DNA of 62,068 nucleotides, counting the filler, from Basidiobolus ranarum (taxonomy: Eukaryota), in the NCBI GenBank assembly GCA_040143965.1. It is 15 parts of 15 records of this genome, joined end to end, with 100 filler letters (N's around TTAATTAATTAA, not from the genome) between each part and the next. Parts side by side here need not be neighbours in the genome. Positions count along the whole stretch, not along the records: positions 24,934 to 28,976 come from JASJQH010002141.1; positions 29,077 to 33,119 come from JASJQH010002142.1; positions 33,220 to 37,259 come from JASJQH010002143.1; positions 37,360 to 41,398 come from JASJQH010002144.1; 11 more parts are not named here. One strand, written 5' to 3'. Below are positions 24,934 through 37,521 of the stretch, piece by piece. The notes beneath the pieces were generated by a model. The model was not told the origin of the DNA. It worked only from the letters and a program-made list of their open reading frames with translations, and did not search any database. A program made the position numbers and the translations under genes. Numbering within the stretch: the stretch's first letter is position 1; each line of letters starts with the position of its first letter.

Positions 24934-27900
24934 TACTATCCCAGACAACTATGGCTCAACACATGGGAGAAAAATGTAACTCAAATTTTACACATTTACC
25001 ACTTGAACACTAATTTGTCACCATTGAATTCCCTAGTTTCTTTGATATATTCTCCTGGATATTTTTATAGAGTGCTTCATACCCAAGATTTGACTTGTAT
25101 CCAACATGAGTTTGTTTCAATATATCCATCAAAGCCCACCATTGTATTAATGTTACAGAATTGACATTCTTCCAGCTATCTGGCAGATACCCTGCAGTAT
25201 TGTGCCACTCTGTATTGAGTTCTTCCCAGATATCTGCACAGTCAACCCCAGAATAAGCATAAATTTGAATCTTCTTCCTCTGAAGCCACTTTCTGCATAC
25301 TTACACTGTGTTTTTTCCGTCATACTTTTGAAAATACTCCTCAAGCACTTTTACTATTTTTATACATCCTTATGGTGCAACACTACTGAGGGTGCTTTGG
25401 AGTACTTGTGTGGCTTTTTGCTTGCTTCTAAGTTTGGGGCTAATTTCAACACTTTGAAAGGTACTAGTTCATGTTGGAGAGCTGTGAGTTTCATATGCTG
25501 GTACTTTGGCTTGTGGAGAGGTGCCAAGTGTTGGATGAACTTCAAAATTTAGCAATCTTCCAACTGGTGTACCTAGTTCCATGGTTAAATTAAGCTTCTT
25601 TGCCAGTATATCTGACTCTGCAAATACAGATTATAATGGTATGATGTATTTGCTAAGTGGGACAAAAGAGCATAAACTAACTGGCTCCTATGCTATTCCC
25701 TTAGGTTTATTAGATTCCTGCTCCTTGAGTACTTCTTGAACTACTTTTCTTTCTTTTCCAAGTTGATAATTGCACTCATTTGTGAGATGTTTCCTGAATA
25801 GGCCTATGCTGGCCCAATTGCCATTTACTTGCAAAAACCCAGGATAAGCCAAATAAAACAAGTCAAGAACCTTCAGAGTAATGCCTGGTTTTTGGTTTTC
25901 CACAATTGGCCCAAATAAAGGTGATTTCAAACAAGATTCTGCCCAGTTTCTGAAATGTTGAACCACTCATCATCAGAGCAAGCAATGGCAGCTCTAGCAG
26001 TCAAAATCTTTTGGTTTGCTGGTTTTCCTATGAGATTTCTACTTTCTTGTGTTCAAGCAATTTTGGGTTGTTGTGAAGGCTTAATGGTGCAACAAATGTT
26101 CTGCTCTGCTAGATTGTCATGGTAATGTTCATATGTATGGTGTGGGATTGCTTGAAATCCTGTATGAGAATAGACAGAGAGAGCAACATATTGCTCTAGC
26201 TCAAGGATAGCATTCTGAAGCTCTTGTACCATTGTTGCATGACTCTCTAACTGTTGAATGGTTGCTTTCAAACGCTGCATTAATGGCAATATTGTGGCAT
26301 TATTGCTTGGCATGGCCTGTAAAGCAACTTTGTAGTTTTTACTTATGATTGCAGACAGATTATTATGGCGTTCTGCCTGCAATTACCTTGTGGCAACAAT
26401 TTGATACAAATTTTCTATGGAGGGTTGTTTAACAGTTGGCAAAGTAGCACTTTTGACAGTTGCTGGTCTTGATAGTGTTTCTGTTGACCATTGCTCAACT
26501 ATTGAATTACTACATAATTGGGGGATTACAATCTCTTCACTTGTACTATCACTGGAAGGGAACACATCTGTTAAATTGATTGATTCTTCAATGTTACTTG
26601 AGTTAGTTACTGGCATGTTAATGCCTTCCAAAGTGGACAGTGGATTGCTAGACTGCCATCAATTAAGTCCTCTGATCTTGCTGGTTTTCTTCCTTTTCCC
26701 TAACAAAAACAAAATCAATTTAATCCGGATTGGATCCACCATTCTGGACTGCAATACCATCAGAGAGCTGTCACAATATTGTGGGTTTGCAATCTGCCAG
26801 GGATTTTGGTGGTGTCACAGCAGTTTCTTGATGGTACTTTGAAGGTATGCATGCATGTTAAAATATTGATCCTCATATTAGGCATGCATTATTTAATTTC
26901 CAGCCATTATTGCAAAAATCTAATTTTCAAATGGTAAATTACTGGGTTTATTGATGTAGGAATTAGAATTAATATGCATGCCTTTACTTAGATAGTTTAG
27001 GCTTTGTATTCCAGTCATAATGAGAATCAAAAAATACAGGAATCTTGTTGTGTTTTGTCTCTACATATGCACATACTTGACCAATCAGACATAACTCAAC
27101 AACATCAATATGCTTTACCAGCAAGCTATTGGTGGAAAAATTGCTAAACTTCTGAAATTTTGGATAGCACTGACACTTGGCAAATAGCTGACTCTTGTTA
27201 TCATTCACAATGAGAATAAGCTCTTGGATTTTGGCAAATTATCATAAACAATTCAGCCAAAATATCCCCAACTTGCAGTTAACAGATGTCCTGCAACAAG
27301 TAGATGTGTCATTGCTTCAATAAATTACCCCATGGCTAAAATGATAATACTGCGTAACTTTTGTGTAAAGAATTAGACCAAAATATCCCCAACTTGCAAT
27401 CAACAAATGTCCTGCCACAAGTAGATGCTTCATTCATTGAATAGATTAGCCCACAGCTATAATAACAATATTGCATTTCTAAATCTATCTCACCAAGAAG
27501 TCTGTCTTGCAGCTTTCCTAAAAATACCATCAGATTATTACACAAGTAAATTAGTCAGATTATGCAGGTACTTACACTGTGTCCAATGAATGGGCTTTGT
27601 TGCTGATATTATGCTCAATCAATGCAAAAACCCATGAGCACTTTGAAAAGAGACCTTTGTTGGAAGGTTAATATACTCTGGAGTCTCCTTAACCCATCAC
27701 ATTACATCCATCACAGATTTTGCTGATACATTGTTAATCAGATTAGCATATGGTTATACTGACAATTTCACATGAATCATCATTTCACTGCAGGTGTTCT
27801 CCATTGGGAACTCCCAGAATGTATAGCAAGGGACTATATTCTGTAGGCATTGTGAGAGATGTAGCAGTAGATATCTATTTAGAGCATCTTGTGTCTCTAA

Positions 27901-28976
27901 AGTTGAGGATGCAATGGTTGCTTCCAGTCTATACAAGCAAAAATACAATTGGAATTGTGTCTTTATGGACTTGAAATCAAAATTCCTATTTTCAAATCCC
28001 ACTTTCTATCCTCATGAATATTATTGTACATTTTCTTGCAGGTGTCTGAAGACATGAAGATATAGTATCTTCTCCAAAGCAGAGTCGAAAGTTGCTTCCA
28101 CTATTGTCTAATGTCCCCTTCCCCAGCTTGTGTCAAGTTTAACAATAACTCCCATATTTTTCAGCAAGAATTCATAATGGATATCTGGGCATCTGTAAAT
28201 TCATTAGGTGTGCACTGCTTTGTGCCACCCACACCTTCATTTGACTGTGCATGCAAAAATTTGGAAGTGGTGGTTTTCTGAACCAGATTAGGTTGTGAAT
28301 CAGGAAGAATCTGTTTTGATATGATACATTACTACCATACATATCTATGATGTTAGACTTATTAGTTTCAATCAGAAATAGGGATCTTTTTATATCATTG
28401 GTTAAAATGTCAAAGCTAATTTCCTATAGTTTGATCAAGCATTATGCATTTTGTTTTGAGCTGTTTCAATATGTATACAAAATAAATTGATTTAGATCAA
28501 ACTATGAGTAACTTTGCTGATGCAATTTATGATATAATTTTCATGAAATTGCATATAATTGAAATAATTAGGATAATAAACACAAATGGAAATTTTATTA
28601 TTCAGAATGCAGGGATTTTTCCCACCATAATAGAAACTCTTAGATGAATAACTCACATGCACCAGATTGATCAATATTGTGCCAGCTAAATACAAGATTA
28701 ATATCATGCTCTCCATCTACTCTAAATGGTCATTCCTTATTAATCCAAAAGCAACTACTGGCTTTCCTAAGTGGTGGTTTCCTGTACCAAAGTAGGTTGT
28801 GAATCAGGAAGAATCTGTTTTGACACAATACATAACTACCATATATCCCTATGATGTAAGACTTGATTGGTTTCAATCAGAATTAGGGATCTTTTTATAT
28901 TATTGGTTAAAATGTCAAAGTTAATTTCCTATGGTGTGATCAAGCATAATGCATTCCGCTTTGAGCAGTTTTGATA
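24934..28976 (-). mobile_element. Degenerate CACTA/EnSpm-like DNA transposon: Myb-like ORF, transposase C-terminus, downstream unnamed ORF
   Basis: YLLLHLSQCLQNIVPCYTFWEFPMENTC...VKLSV*PYANL (27875-27735) resembles the HxLLH...GP...WxFPMER..G...PYANL block of fungal EnSpm transposases; multi-copy in window; CpG-depleted. Confidence 0.65.
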
Positions 28977-29076
28977 NNNNNNNNNNNNNNNNNNNNNNNN
29001 NNNNNNNNNNNNNNNNNNNNTTAATTAATTAANNNNNNNNNNNNNNNNNNNNNNNNNNNNNNNNNNNNNNNNNNNN

Positions 29077-30253
29077 CAAATTGCTGTAAAGAATTCAGCC
29101 AAAATATCCCTAACTTGCAGTAAACCAATGTCTTGGTACATGTAGATGTGTCATTGCTTGAATAGATTATTCAATGGCTAAAACAATAATACTGCATATC
29201 TTGTCTATCTCACCAAGAAATGTGTTTTGCAGCTTTGCTGGAAATACCATCAGATCATCACAAGATTTAGATTTGTGATGGAGACACTTAGATTTTATTG
29301 AATTGGATACATCTTATTTACAGTATACTCTAAAATACAACTATTAACTGTGCTTAGATCATGCTAAATATGCCAGTTAAGCATGGGTGAAATTTGAGAT
29401 GCTTTGGAGAAGTTTTGAGAAAATAGTTAAATATGTAAAAGTTTTCTAATTGATATTTTGATCAACTTGAGCAATAAGTACACATTTTGAGTGACAGATT
29501 TGTGTGCAAAATAATGCCTGTGCCCAGAAAAATTAAAATTGATTTGATACAAATTGGATCTACCTTTCTGGAGATCAAACCCTTCAGAGAACCATCACAA
29601 TACCAGTGGCTTGTATTCTGCCAGATTTCCTGATGGTGAGACAGTGTCTTCCTAACATTATTATGATGGTAATCATACATGGTAGAATATTGAACCCCAT
29701 TATGAGCATGCATTATTAAATTACTTACAATTCATGAAAAAAACCAATCTTTGAATGGCAAATTACAGGGCTTACTACTAAAGGAAATCTAATTAATATG
29801 CATGCCTTTATTTGGATATTTTAAGCTTTGCATTACAACAACCATGAGTATCAAAAAAGAACAAATCTTGTTGTGTTTAGTCACTTTATATGCTTATACT
29901 GGACTAACCAGTTATAACTCAACAACATCAATATGCTTTACCAGCAAACTAACATTGGAAATATTGCTAAACATCTGAAATTAAAAGCAGCACTGACACC
30001 TGGCAAATAGCTGACTCTTGTTACCATTCCCAGTGAGAGTAAGGTCTTAGATTTTGGCAAATTTCCGCAAAGAATTCAGCCAAGATATCCCCAACTTGCA
30101 GTCAACAAATATTGTGCCATAAGTAGATATGTCATTCCTTGAAAAGATTAACTCATGGCTAAAACAATAAGACTGTGTATCTTGATCTATTGTACTAAGA
30201 TGTCTGTCTTGCAGCTTTCCTAGAAATAGCATCAGATTATCACACAGATGCAA
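29077..30253 (-). mobile_element. CACTA-like remnants interrupted by a family-2 LTR fragment (29261-29512, - strand)
   Basis: Matches 26700-27545; inserted block is the rc of the LTR at 30254-30602. Confidence 0.65.
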
Positions 30254-30602
30254 TGTTGAAATTAAGTAAATAGTAACTCATTATTTGGTAGTTAGTATAT
30301 TCAAGTTCTGATAATTTAGCACTCAATTCTGTCATTCAAAATGTGTGCTAATTGCTTTGATTGATGGATATAACTATTAGATTACTTTTACCAATTTTCA
30401 CTATTTTCTCCAAACTTCTCCAAATCACCTGAAAGTTTAACCCATGCTTAACAGGCATGTTTGTTCTGATCTAAGCACATCCAATAGTCTTATTTCATGG
30501 CAAACTTTAAATAGGATATATTCAATTGAATAAATTTAGGATTTTAATTTAAAAATCCAAATCTTGGCAAAATACTTCCAAATTTCCTAAACACTTTTAT
30601 CA
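30254..30602 (+). mobile_element. Copia family-2 5' LTR (349 bp), PBS GGTCTTGAGCCC at 30603-30614
   Basis: TGTTGAAA...TTTTATCA, distinct from family-1 LTR, followed by degenerate half-tRNA PBS and gag. Confidence 0.85.
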
Positions 30603-30606
30603 GGTC

Positions 30607-33119
30607 TTGAGCCCCAAGCTATCTGTTAAAGGAATATTGCCCAGTACTATTATTGATGTTTTTGCATCCACAGAGAAGTTTGCTGGTGAAGACTGTAATA
30701 TATGGAAGTTCAAGATGCAAATGGTGCTAGAAGACCAGGACCTTTGGGCATTTATTACAAAAGAAGAAATAGAGCCAAAGGGGCCACCAGAAGCTATCTT
30801 GCCTTTCACAAGAAGCAGAGAAAAGCACTCCCCATATGTTATCTACATCTCAGAGACTCTCAATTGAGATACACATAATCAGCCAAAAAAATCCAAAATG
30901 CTTTGGAAACACTTGAGGGACTGTATGAGACTAAAAGTTGGGTTAATAGGTTATATCTCAGGCAAAAATTATTTGCAATTCAGATGAATTCAGATGATCC
31001 TATGTTTAAGCATATAAATTTTATGGAAACCATGGGGGCTCCAACTCAAGGGCCAAGATTTGTGTTCAGCATTGCTAGATAAACTATCACAGATCAGATT
31101 AAGGACAAATTAGCAACTGGGTTCAATACTCAAAACTTACACAAGCTTGAAATCAATGGATTGCATTCTGAGCATGCAAACTTGGCTAAAACTGGTGAAA
31201 TAAGCTGTCAAACATGGCAAAAAGATTAGGCCAGATTGGGGAACAAAACCTGAACCAAATGATTCAAAATCAGCTTGACTCAGGCTTAGAAATTAAAATA
31301 GCACTAAATTGGATCTGTGTGAAGGTTGTATACATGGAAAACATCACAGTCAACCATTTTCAATTCTGGAGAGATCAGATCCACTCTGAGTTCTGCCCTG
31401 ATTCATGCTGACCTATGTAGGCTCATGAAAAATGTCTCTCTAAAGGTATTTTATTGTTTGAATTTAGATAAATAGCAAATCCTTATTTAGTAGTTATTTT
31501 ATTCATATTCTGAGTATTTGGTACTCAATTGTGTCATTCAAAAATGTGTGTTTCTTGCTCTAATTGATTGATATATCAGTTAGATCACTTTTACCAATTT
31601 TCACTATTTTCTCAAATTGTCTCCGAATCACCTCAAATTGTCACCCATGCTTAACAGGCATGTTTGATATGATCTAAGCATATCTAATGTTTCTATTTCA
31701 TAGCAAACTATAAGTAGGAGATATTGATTTCAATAAAACTTAAGTGTCTAATTCACATATCCAAATCTTGTCCAAAGCACATTCAAGTCCCCTTAACACT
31801 TTTATCATTCAAGACCTGAATTGATGACAAAACACAATATACTTCTGTTCTCTTTCTCAAATCAAAATCTGAAGCCTTAGCAACATTCAAGCATTACAAA
31901 ACAATGGAAGAGATAGAAACAGCACAAAAATTAAGGGTGCTAAGGAGTGACAATGGTGGAGAATATTGCTCTAAAGAATTCACTAATTTTTGCTCTAAGA
32001 ATGGAATTAAGAAATAAACTACTGAATCTTATACTTCACAGCAAAAACGAGTTGCAGAATATGTTCAAGATGCAAATGGTGAGATCTAATTCTCAGCAAA
32101 ATAATGTAGAACAGGCATTTTTGGAGCTGCAAAGTGTTCAACAGGCTTCAATAATGGTGCCCCCAATAGGAAAGCAATCATATACAAGTATTGCTAGAAA
32201 CCAGGCCACTCAATCAAAGATTGCACAAGTACAATTTTTGCCAAAAAGCTAAAATTGGAACAAGCAAATCAAGTAAGCACTGATAGAGATCATCTATTTG
32301 TGTCTACCCTACCAGTAACCACTAAAGAAGACTCAGAGATGTGGTACATTGATTCAGGAGCTTCCCAGCATATGTCAAACAGGAAAGATTGGTTTTCCAG
32401 CTTAAAGCCAATCCAAACAAGCAACATCTACTTAGTTGATGACTTTGCACCAGATGCAGTTGGCAAGGGCACATTTGTACTCAATTTAGACCAAAGTTTA
32501 GCTACACCATCTGCAAAATCAGATGATGTACTCTATGTACCAAATATAGCCAAGAATCTACTCTCAGTAAGTCAAACAACAACTCTGGGACCAAATTTTG
32601 TGTTCAGAAAAGCTGGATGTACTATCACAGATTTGAATACAACCAAATTAGTTACCAGGATCAAAACTCAAAATGTATAGAAGCTAGAAAGCTACAAAAT
32701 GCATACTCAGCATGCAAACTTAACCAAAGCTGGTGAAATAAGCTGTCAAACATGGCTAGAAGATTAGACCTCAATGGTAAACAAAAGCTACCCCAAATGT
32801 TCCAAAATCAGCTTATTTTAGGCTTAATATTGTAAATATTACTAAACTGGCTCTGGGTGAAGGTTGCTTATATGGAAAACATCACAGACAGCCTTTTTCT
32901 AGCTCTGGGGAGATCAAATCCACTCAGAAATTTTCCCTGATTCATTCTGATCTATGTGGGCCCATGGAAAACATCTCACTGGGTGTGAAAAGGTACTTTG
33001 ACCTTTATTGATGACAAAACAAGATATACTTGGGTATTCTTTCTCAAATCAACATCTGAGGCCTGAGCTACATTCAAGTACTACAAAGCAATGGTAGAGA
33101 AAGAATCAGCACAAAAAAT
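30607..33119 (+). mobile_element. Copia family-2 internal remnants (two deleted or stacked copies: gag-integrase, then gag-protease-integrase)
   Basis: WKFKMQMVLEDQDLW, WYIDSGASQHM, DVLYVPNIAKNLLSV, IHSDLCGPM, RSDNGGEY; integrase segment occurs twice. Confidence 0.85.
31455..31807 (+). mobile_element. Family-2 solo LTR inside family-2 integrase
   Basis: TG...TTTTATCA, homologous to 30254-30602; integrase sequence resumes on both sides. Confidence 0.85.
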
Positions 33120-34407
33120 NNNNNNNNNNNNNNNNNNNNNNNNNNNNNNNNNNNNNNNNNNNNTTAATTAATTAANNNNNNNNNNNNNNNNNNNNNNNNN
33201 NNNNNNNNNNNNNNNNNNNCAATAGCTAGCTATCAGCCTACCCAGCAATGAATGCCGATAGAACTTTCTCAAGTGATTTCGAGGGTGAGGGCTTCGGAGC
33301 AATACGTAAGAGCATCGAACTAATGAGCATCTGTACACTATAGGGCTGCTGGCATTGAGCATTCTGATGATCAAAAGAATCATATAACGAGCAGTGGATT
33401 CTGACCCATATGTATTGTATCATATTTATGCAGCCACCGTTATTGCTGATTCTAAATGTGGTTGAACAACGGAAATTGGGGATATATGGTCTCAGATGAT
33501 GTGACAAATAGGCGACAAAATACGAGATTTCCAGTGGGTCATGATCAAATTGGATTAATCATCGATATCTGGTTGGAAACGATCGGGATAGGGAATCTCT
33601 TAGATTATTAGGGATATTATTGATGGTGAAGAATGGACACGAGTTTGATTCAAGTCAATTTCCCAGTGACACAAGAATATGTGTTGTATACACACAACAG
33701 ACCATTTTAGTTTGGTAGTTTAGCTCTCGTTCATGTTTTGATTAAGAGCCAAGAGAATCCGAGTTTCCCAAATTATCGCGGCTATTTGAAGATATATTAT
33801 TACACACTACATCGTCAAACTTAAATCTGGATGGGACCTGGTTCTCGGATTTACCGAAGTGTTCATGCTTTGATATCACCAATATTACTGCATCTAAGGA
33901 GAGTAGTATCTCTAAGCCCATGCTTGTCCAGCTAGTGTACATAATGCAAGTGAGTGGGTGGATGCTATTATATTGAAATGCGAATTAGATACCTTAGTTG
34001 TGAGTGGATTTAAGGCTTATTTAATGATCAATCTTGACAAGGCGTTCAAAGGCGGCTATCAGAGATCAACGCAGTACCGTATAAGTCAATCACTATTTGG
34101 TGAAACGACGAACTACAAATATCAGGCACCCGAAAATAAAGTAGTAAGCGCTGACGATGTGTGACCAGAGGAAAGCGCCAGGTAGTGATAACGATTTTAA
34201 ATTGATAGAAAATCTTGTTTATATTCAACATTATGTTCCTGCAAAGAACAAGTTCATTTCATTGGATGGTCTGAGAGAATAGCAGGTTGTTGTTATATAA
34301 AGCAATTGAGCAGTTGCACTTATCAAATTTGAATGAAAATGATCTGAAAGTTTGTCTGTGCATTGGATAGCACTTACTTGTTATTTTAGTAGATGGACCA
34401 CTAGTCT

Positions 34408-34705
34408 TGTTGAAATATTTCGGGAGTTGTTGGAAGTGATTTGGTGAACTAGAAGAATTGTTAGTTTTCACTTGCTGATTTATTGAGTGCAAGTTGACAC
34501 TTATACTTTTGTCAAGGAGTAGATAAACCTAGATAAACTAACGTGTAGAGTACAAAGTTTGAGAAAATCATATAATCTGAGAACTTCCAAGTTAGTCTCA
34601 ATATTGAGCGTAAATTCCTCATGAAGATATCTCATAATAACATAGTGAAATTTAGGTAGCTAACTATATGACTATATAGATGCTTAAGCTATGTCATTCT
34701 CAACA
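34408..34705 (-). mobile_element. Family-1 solo LTR (internally deleted) with 5-bp TSD
   Basis: TG...CA; flanks AGTCT / AGTTT. Confidence 0.85.
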
Positions 34706-35840
34706 AGTTTAGCTAGGAGGTTAGTTCCCTTTTTCCCGTACATGTATCAGGAGAGATAGTTAGATTTACTGAAATGAACATAATGGAAGCCCTACATCAT
34801 GTATGTTGTCCTATTTGGTGAATGAGAAGAGTTGTTTGTATAAAGTGCATTTCAGCAGTAAATATTTGTGTATCATGGAATGGAATAGTGTACTCATTTG
34901 CTGCACTAGACTGCACTATAAATAGATATTCCATCTAATCACACCATTGTTGGGACATGGGGGATGTATGTGGTAGTCCATGACTTTCTCTATATTATTT
35001 TTGCAACATTGAATTCATGCATGAAGCCAACATATCTCCATCTTATATTACTCCACTGTGCCTGAGCCATATATGCTCACTGTGCGCCCCTTTCATTAAA
35101 CTAGCTGCATTAGCTAGTTTAGTACCCCCCACTCTTTTGCAATGCAGGTCTGAAATGCTTGGTAATTCGAGAAAGAATGGAGTTCACTACGGAGTAAGAT
35201 AGGAATGACATGGGATCGGTGATTGGAGGTAAGATGATGGGACGTGTTGACTAACTGCGCTAGTAGGAGCTATTTCACCATCATCTGTACTTTTTCTTCA
35301 TTCAACTCTCTTTCTTGTGCCATTTAGCTTTTCAGACTTGTATTACTAAAATTACTGTGCTGAGGATTCCTCACTCGTCATGTAAAAATGGAAACAGAGT
35401 CAACGCTATTTTAAGATTTAGTTCAATTATAGAGCACTATGAATATTTTATTCTTGGGAGATACAACGGAATTGTAACAGTGAGCTGGAGATACTAGTGC
35501 TAGTACTAGCTGACATAGAATTTAATTAATCAAGTTAAAGGAATAAAGAATAGCGAGAAACAGCATGTGACAAAATGTGAAAGACGCCAAATTGGACAAC
35601 CAAGTAGTCTAACTTGTAATAATATCCAACGGTTAGGAAGGAATAGCTCGCATTACAATTTCAAGTTACTTCTTTCTTCGAATAATCCAAGGAGAAAAAT
35701 GCAACCTAAGGACCACCATCACCATTGATTAAAGAAACGATCTCTTTCTTACATTGTAGAATAAGGAATACGAATGTTAAAGGCGGTTGAGTTTTACCAA
35801 ATCTGGCAAGTTAGCCAAATTCAGTGATGTATCAATTCCA

Positions 35841-36416
35841 TCAAAGAATAACACATAAGCAAGGATGTCTATCAAGGTTTTTCAAAGCAGCTACCTCGTC
35901 TTGATCTTCTTTGGAAGCCCTTATCATTCTCACTAATTCGTGAAAGGCCTCCTCTACGTTAAGACCAGTTTTAGCACTAGTTTCTAGGAACTTGCAGTTC
36001 ATTTTTGTCGCCGCCGCATAGCCTTCTTCTTTGGAAACTTGTCGTTCGCTTGATTTGTCACTCTTGTTTCCAATCAAAATCAATGGTATTCGGTCCATGT
36101 CTTCACGTACTCTTTTGATCTGTGAAAAATACTCTATGCCACACTCGAGTGTACTGCTAGATGTGATACTATAGACAAGAAGATACGCTTCTCCCCCTCG
36201 TATCCATTGGTCTCGTAGTATGGTGTATTCTTCCTGTCCAGCTGTATCAAGAATCTCCAACATACATGGAGCATCGTCAATAACTGTTTGTTTTTGATAC
36301 GAGTTTTCGATGGTTGGATCGTATGTTTCGAGGAAATGATTTGACACCATTTGTAAGGTTAGGGTAGTTTTTCCTACTCCACCGTCACCCAAGACCACCA
36401 CTTTGTAAGTTTGCAT
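35841..36416 (-). CDS. Ras2/RasB-like small GTPase, intronless (191 aa)
   Basis: GDGGVGKT, YDPTIENSY, DTAGQEEY..LRDQWIR, NKSD, ETSAK, C-terminal CAAX CVIL. Confidence 0.9.
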   Translation of the reverse strand: MQTYKVVVLGDGGVGKTTLTLQMVSNHFLETYDPTIENSYQKQTVIDDAPCMLEILDTAGQEEYTILRDQWIRGGEAYLLVYSITSSSTLECGIEYFSQIKRVREDMDRIPLILIGNKSDKSSERQVSKEEGYAAATKMNCKFLETSAKTGLNVEEAFHELVRMIRASKEDQDEVAALKNLDRHPCLCVIL

Positions 36417-37359
36417 CAGTTCGAAATAGAGGTGAGGGAAAGGTGGTAAAGAAGAGAGGGATGCGCAATTAGATATTCGAAATGGCCAGTGTCTGGGTGG
36501 ATTTTGATAGAAGGGAAACAAGTTCACCTGAATTTCATTAATTAACAAGCAATGTATAGGATAGACACCAAGAATATGCCACCAGGAATATACGAAGATC
36601 CAACCTATATACCAAGGCTATAGCAGCTGAATGGAGCAAGAGGACCAAATAAGGGACAAGAGAGGAGGTTGGATAAAATAGGAGATTTTCGGGTTTGAAT
36701 AGAAATTTAAATTGTCCTTGAGATGACAGATAAGCGGCACAAATGGGAATGTTTGAGCGACAGTAATGAATCCCATGGAAATGGTAAGTGGTAGGCTGTG
36801 CGATAGTGTAAGGGAAATTTATTTCACCTAAATGAGTGATCAAATTGAAGTACTTTGCGTAGACTAAGATGCTGCAGACTGTGAATTCTGGGTAGGGAGG
36901 CTTGGAACCACAACATTTGGACCCTTAACCATAAATGGTATGCTGAGAAGGCAGTTGAGGTGTGTCTAGGATTCCTCGTAGCACCAGTATCAAATGTCCA
37001 GAATGAAATTTCACATTTGCCATATGTGCGTTCTCAGAAGCCATTCCACATCTTCTAGAAGGAATCTTGTCATCCCTTCAGCTGGTGCCGAGTCAATGTC
37101 TGACTAGGCAAAGCACCTTAATGACGCTATATCAGAGATGCTCTTATATTTGCTTCACGGCTTCTAGCATCCTCCCCAGTCAATGCGCCGCTTGACCCAA
37201 TCAGCAAAGTAGTCTTGAGAATTTATTGAGACCAATCTGAGACAGAACTCTCGGACCATNNNNNNNNNNNNNNNNNNNNNNNNNNNNNNNNNNNNNNNNN
37301 NNNTTAATTAATTAANNNNNNNNNNNNNNNNNNNNNNNNNNNNNNNNNNNNNNNNNNNN

Positions 37360-37521
37360 ATTGATGGTTTACGTTGGAATTATAAACAAGAAGGCATCAA
37401 TGGATTGTTCAGAGGTTTAGCCCCTCGAGTCTTTTGGACTTCGCTCCAGTCTGCTGGAATGTTTGTTATTTTCGAACAAGCCTTAGCACTGTTTGCCCAT
37501 CACTCCAAAGAAGTCTCTTGA
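37360..37521 (+). CDS. Mitochondrial carrier (Mme1/YMR166C-like), C-terminal fragment
   Basis: EGINGLFRGLAPRVFWTSLQSAGMFVIFE carrier repeat 3; not in ORF track. Confidence 0.75.
   Translation: MDGLRWNYKQEGINGLFRGLAPRVFWTSLQSAGMFVIFEQALALFAHHSKEVS

Noticed and set aside
33220-33400. Possible 5' end of a minus-strand gene (basic, presequence-like)
   Set aside because: Short, truncated, no recognisable domain
35097-35121. Perfect 10-bp-arm hairpin TAAACTAGCT-gcatt-AGCTAGTTTA as Helitron end
   Set aside because: AT-rich and no CTRR terminus at the expected distance
36417-36548. 44-aa N-terminal extension of Ras in ORF track
   Set aside because: Starts at TTG; pyrimidine-rich 5' UTR-like sequence; homology starts at Met 36416
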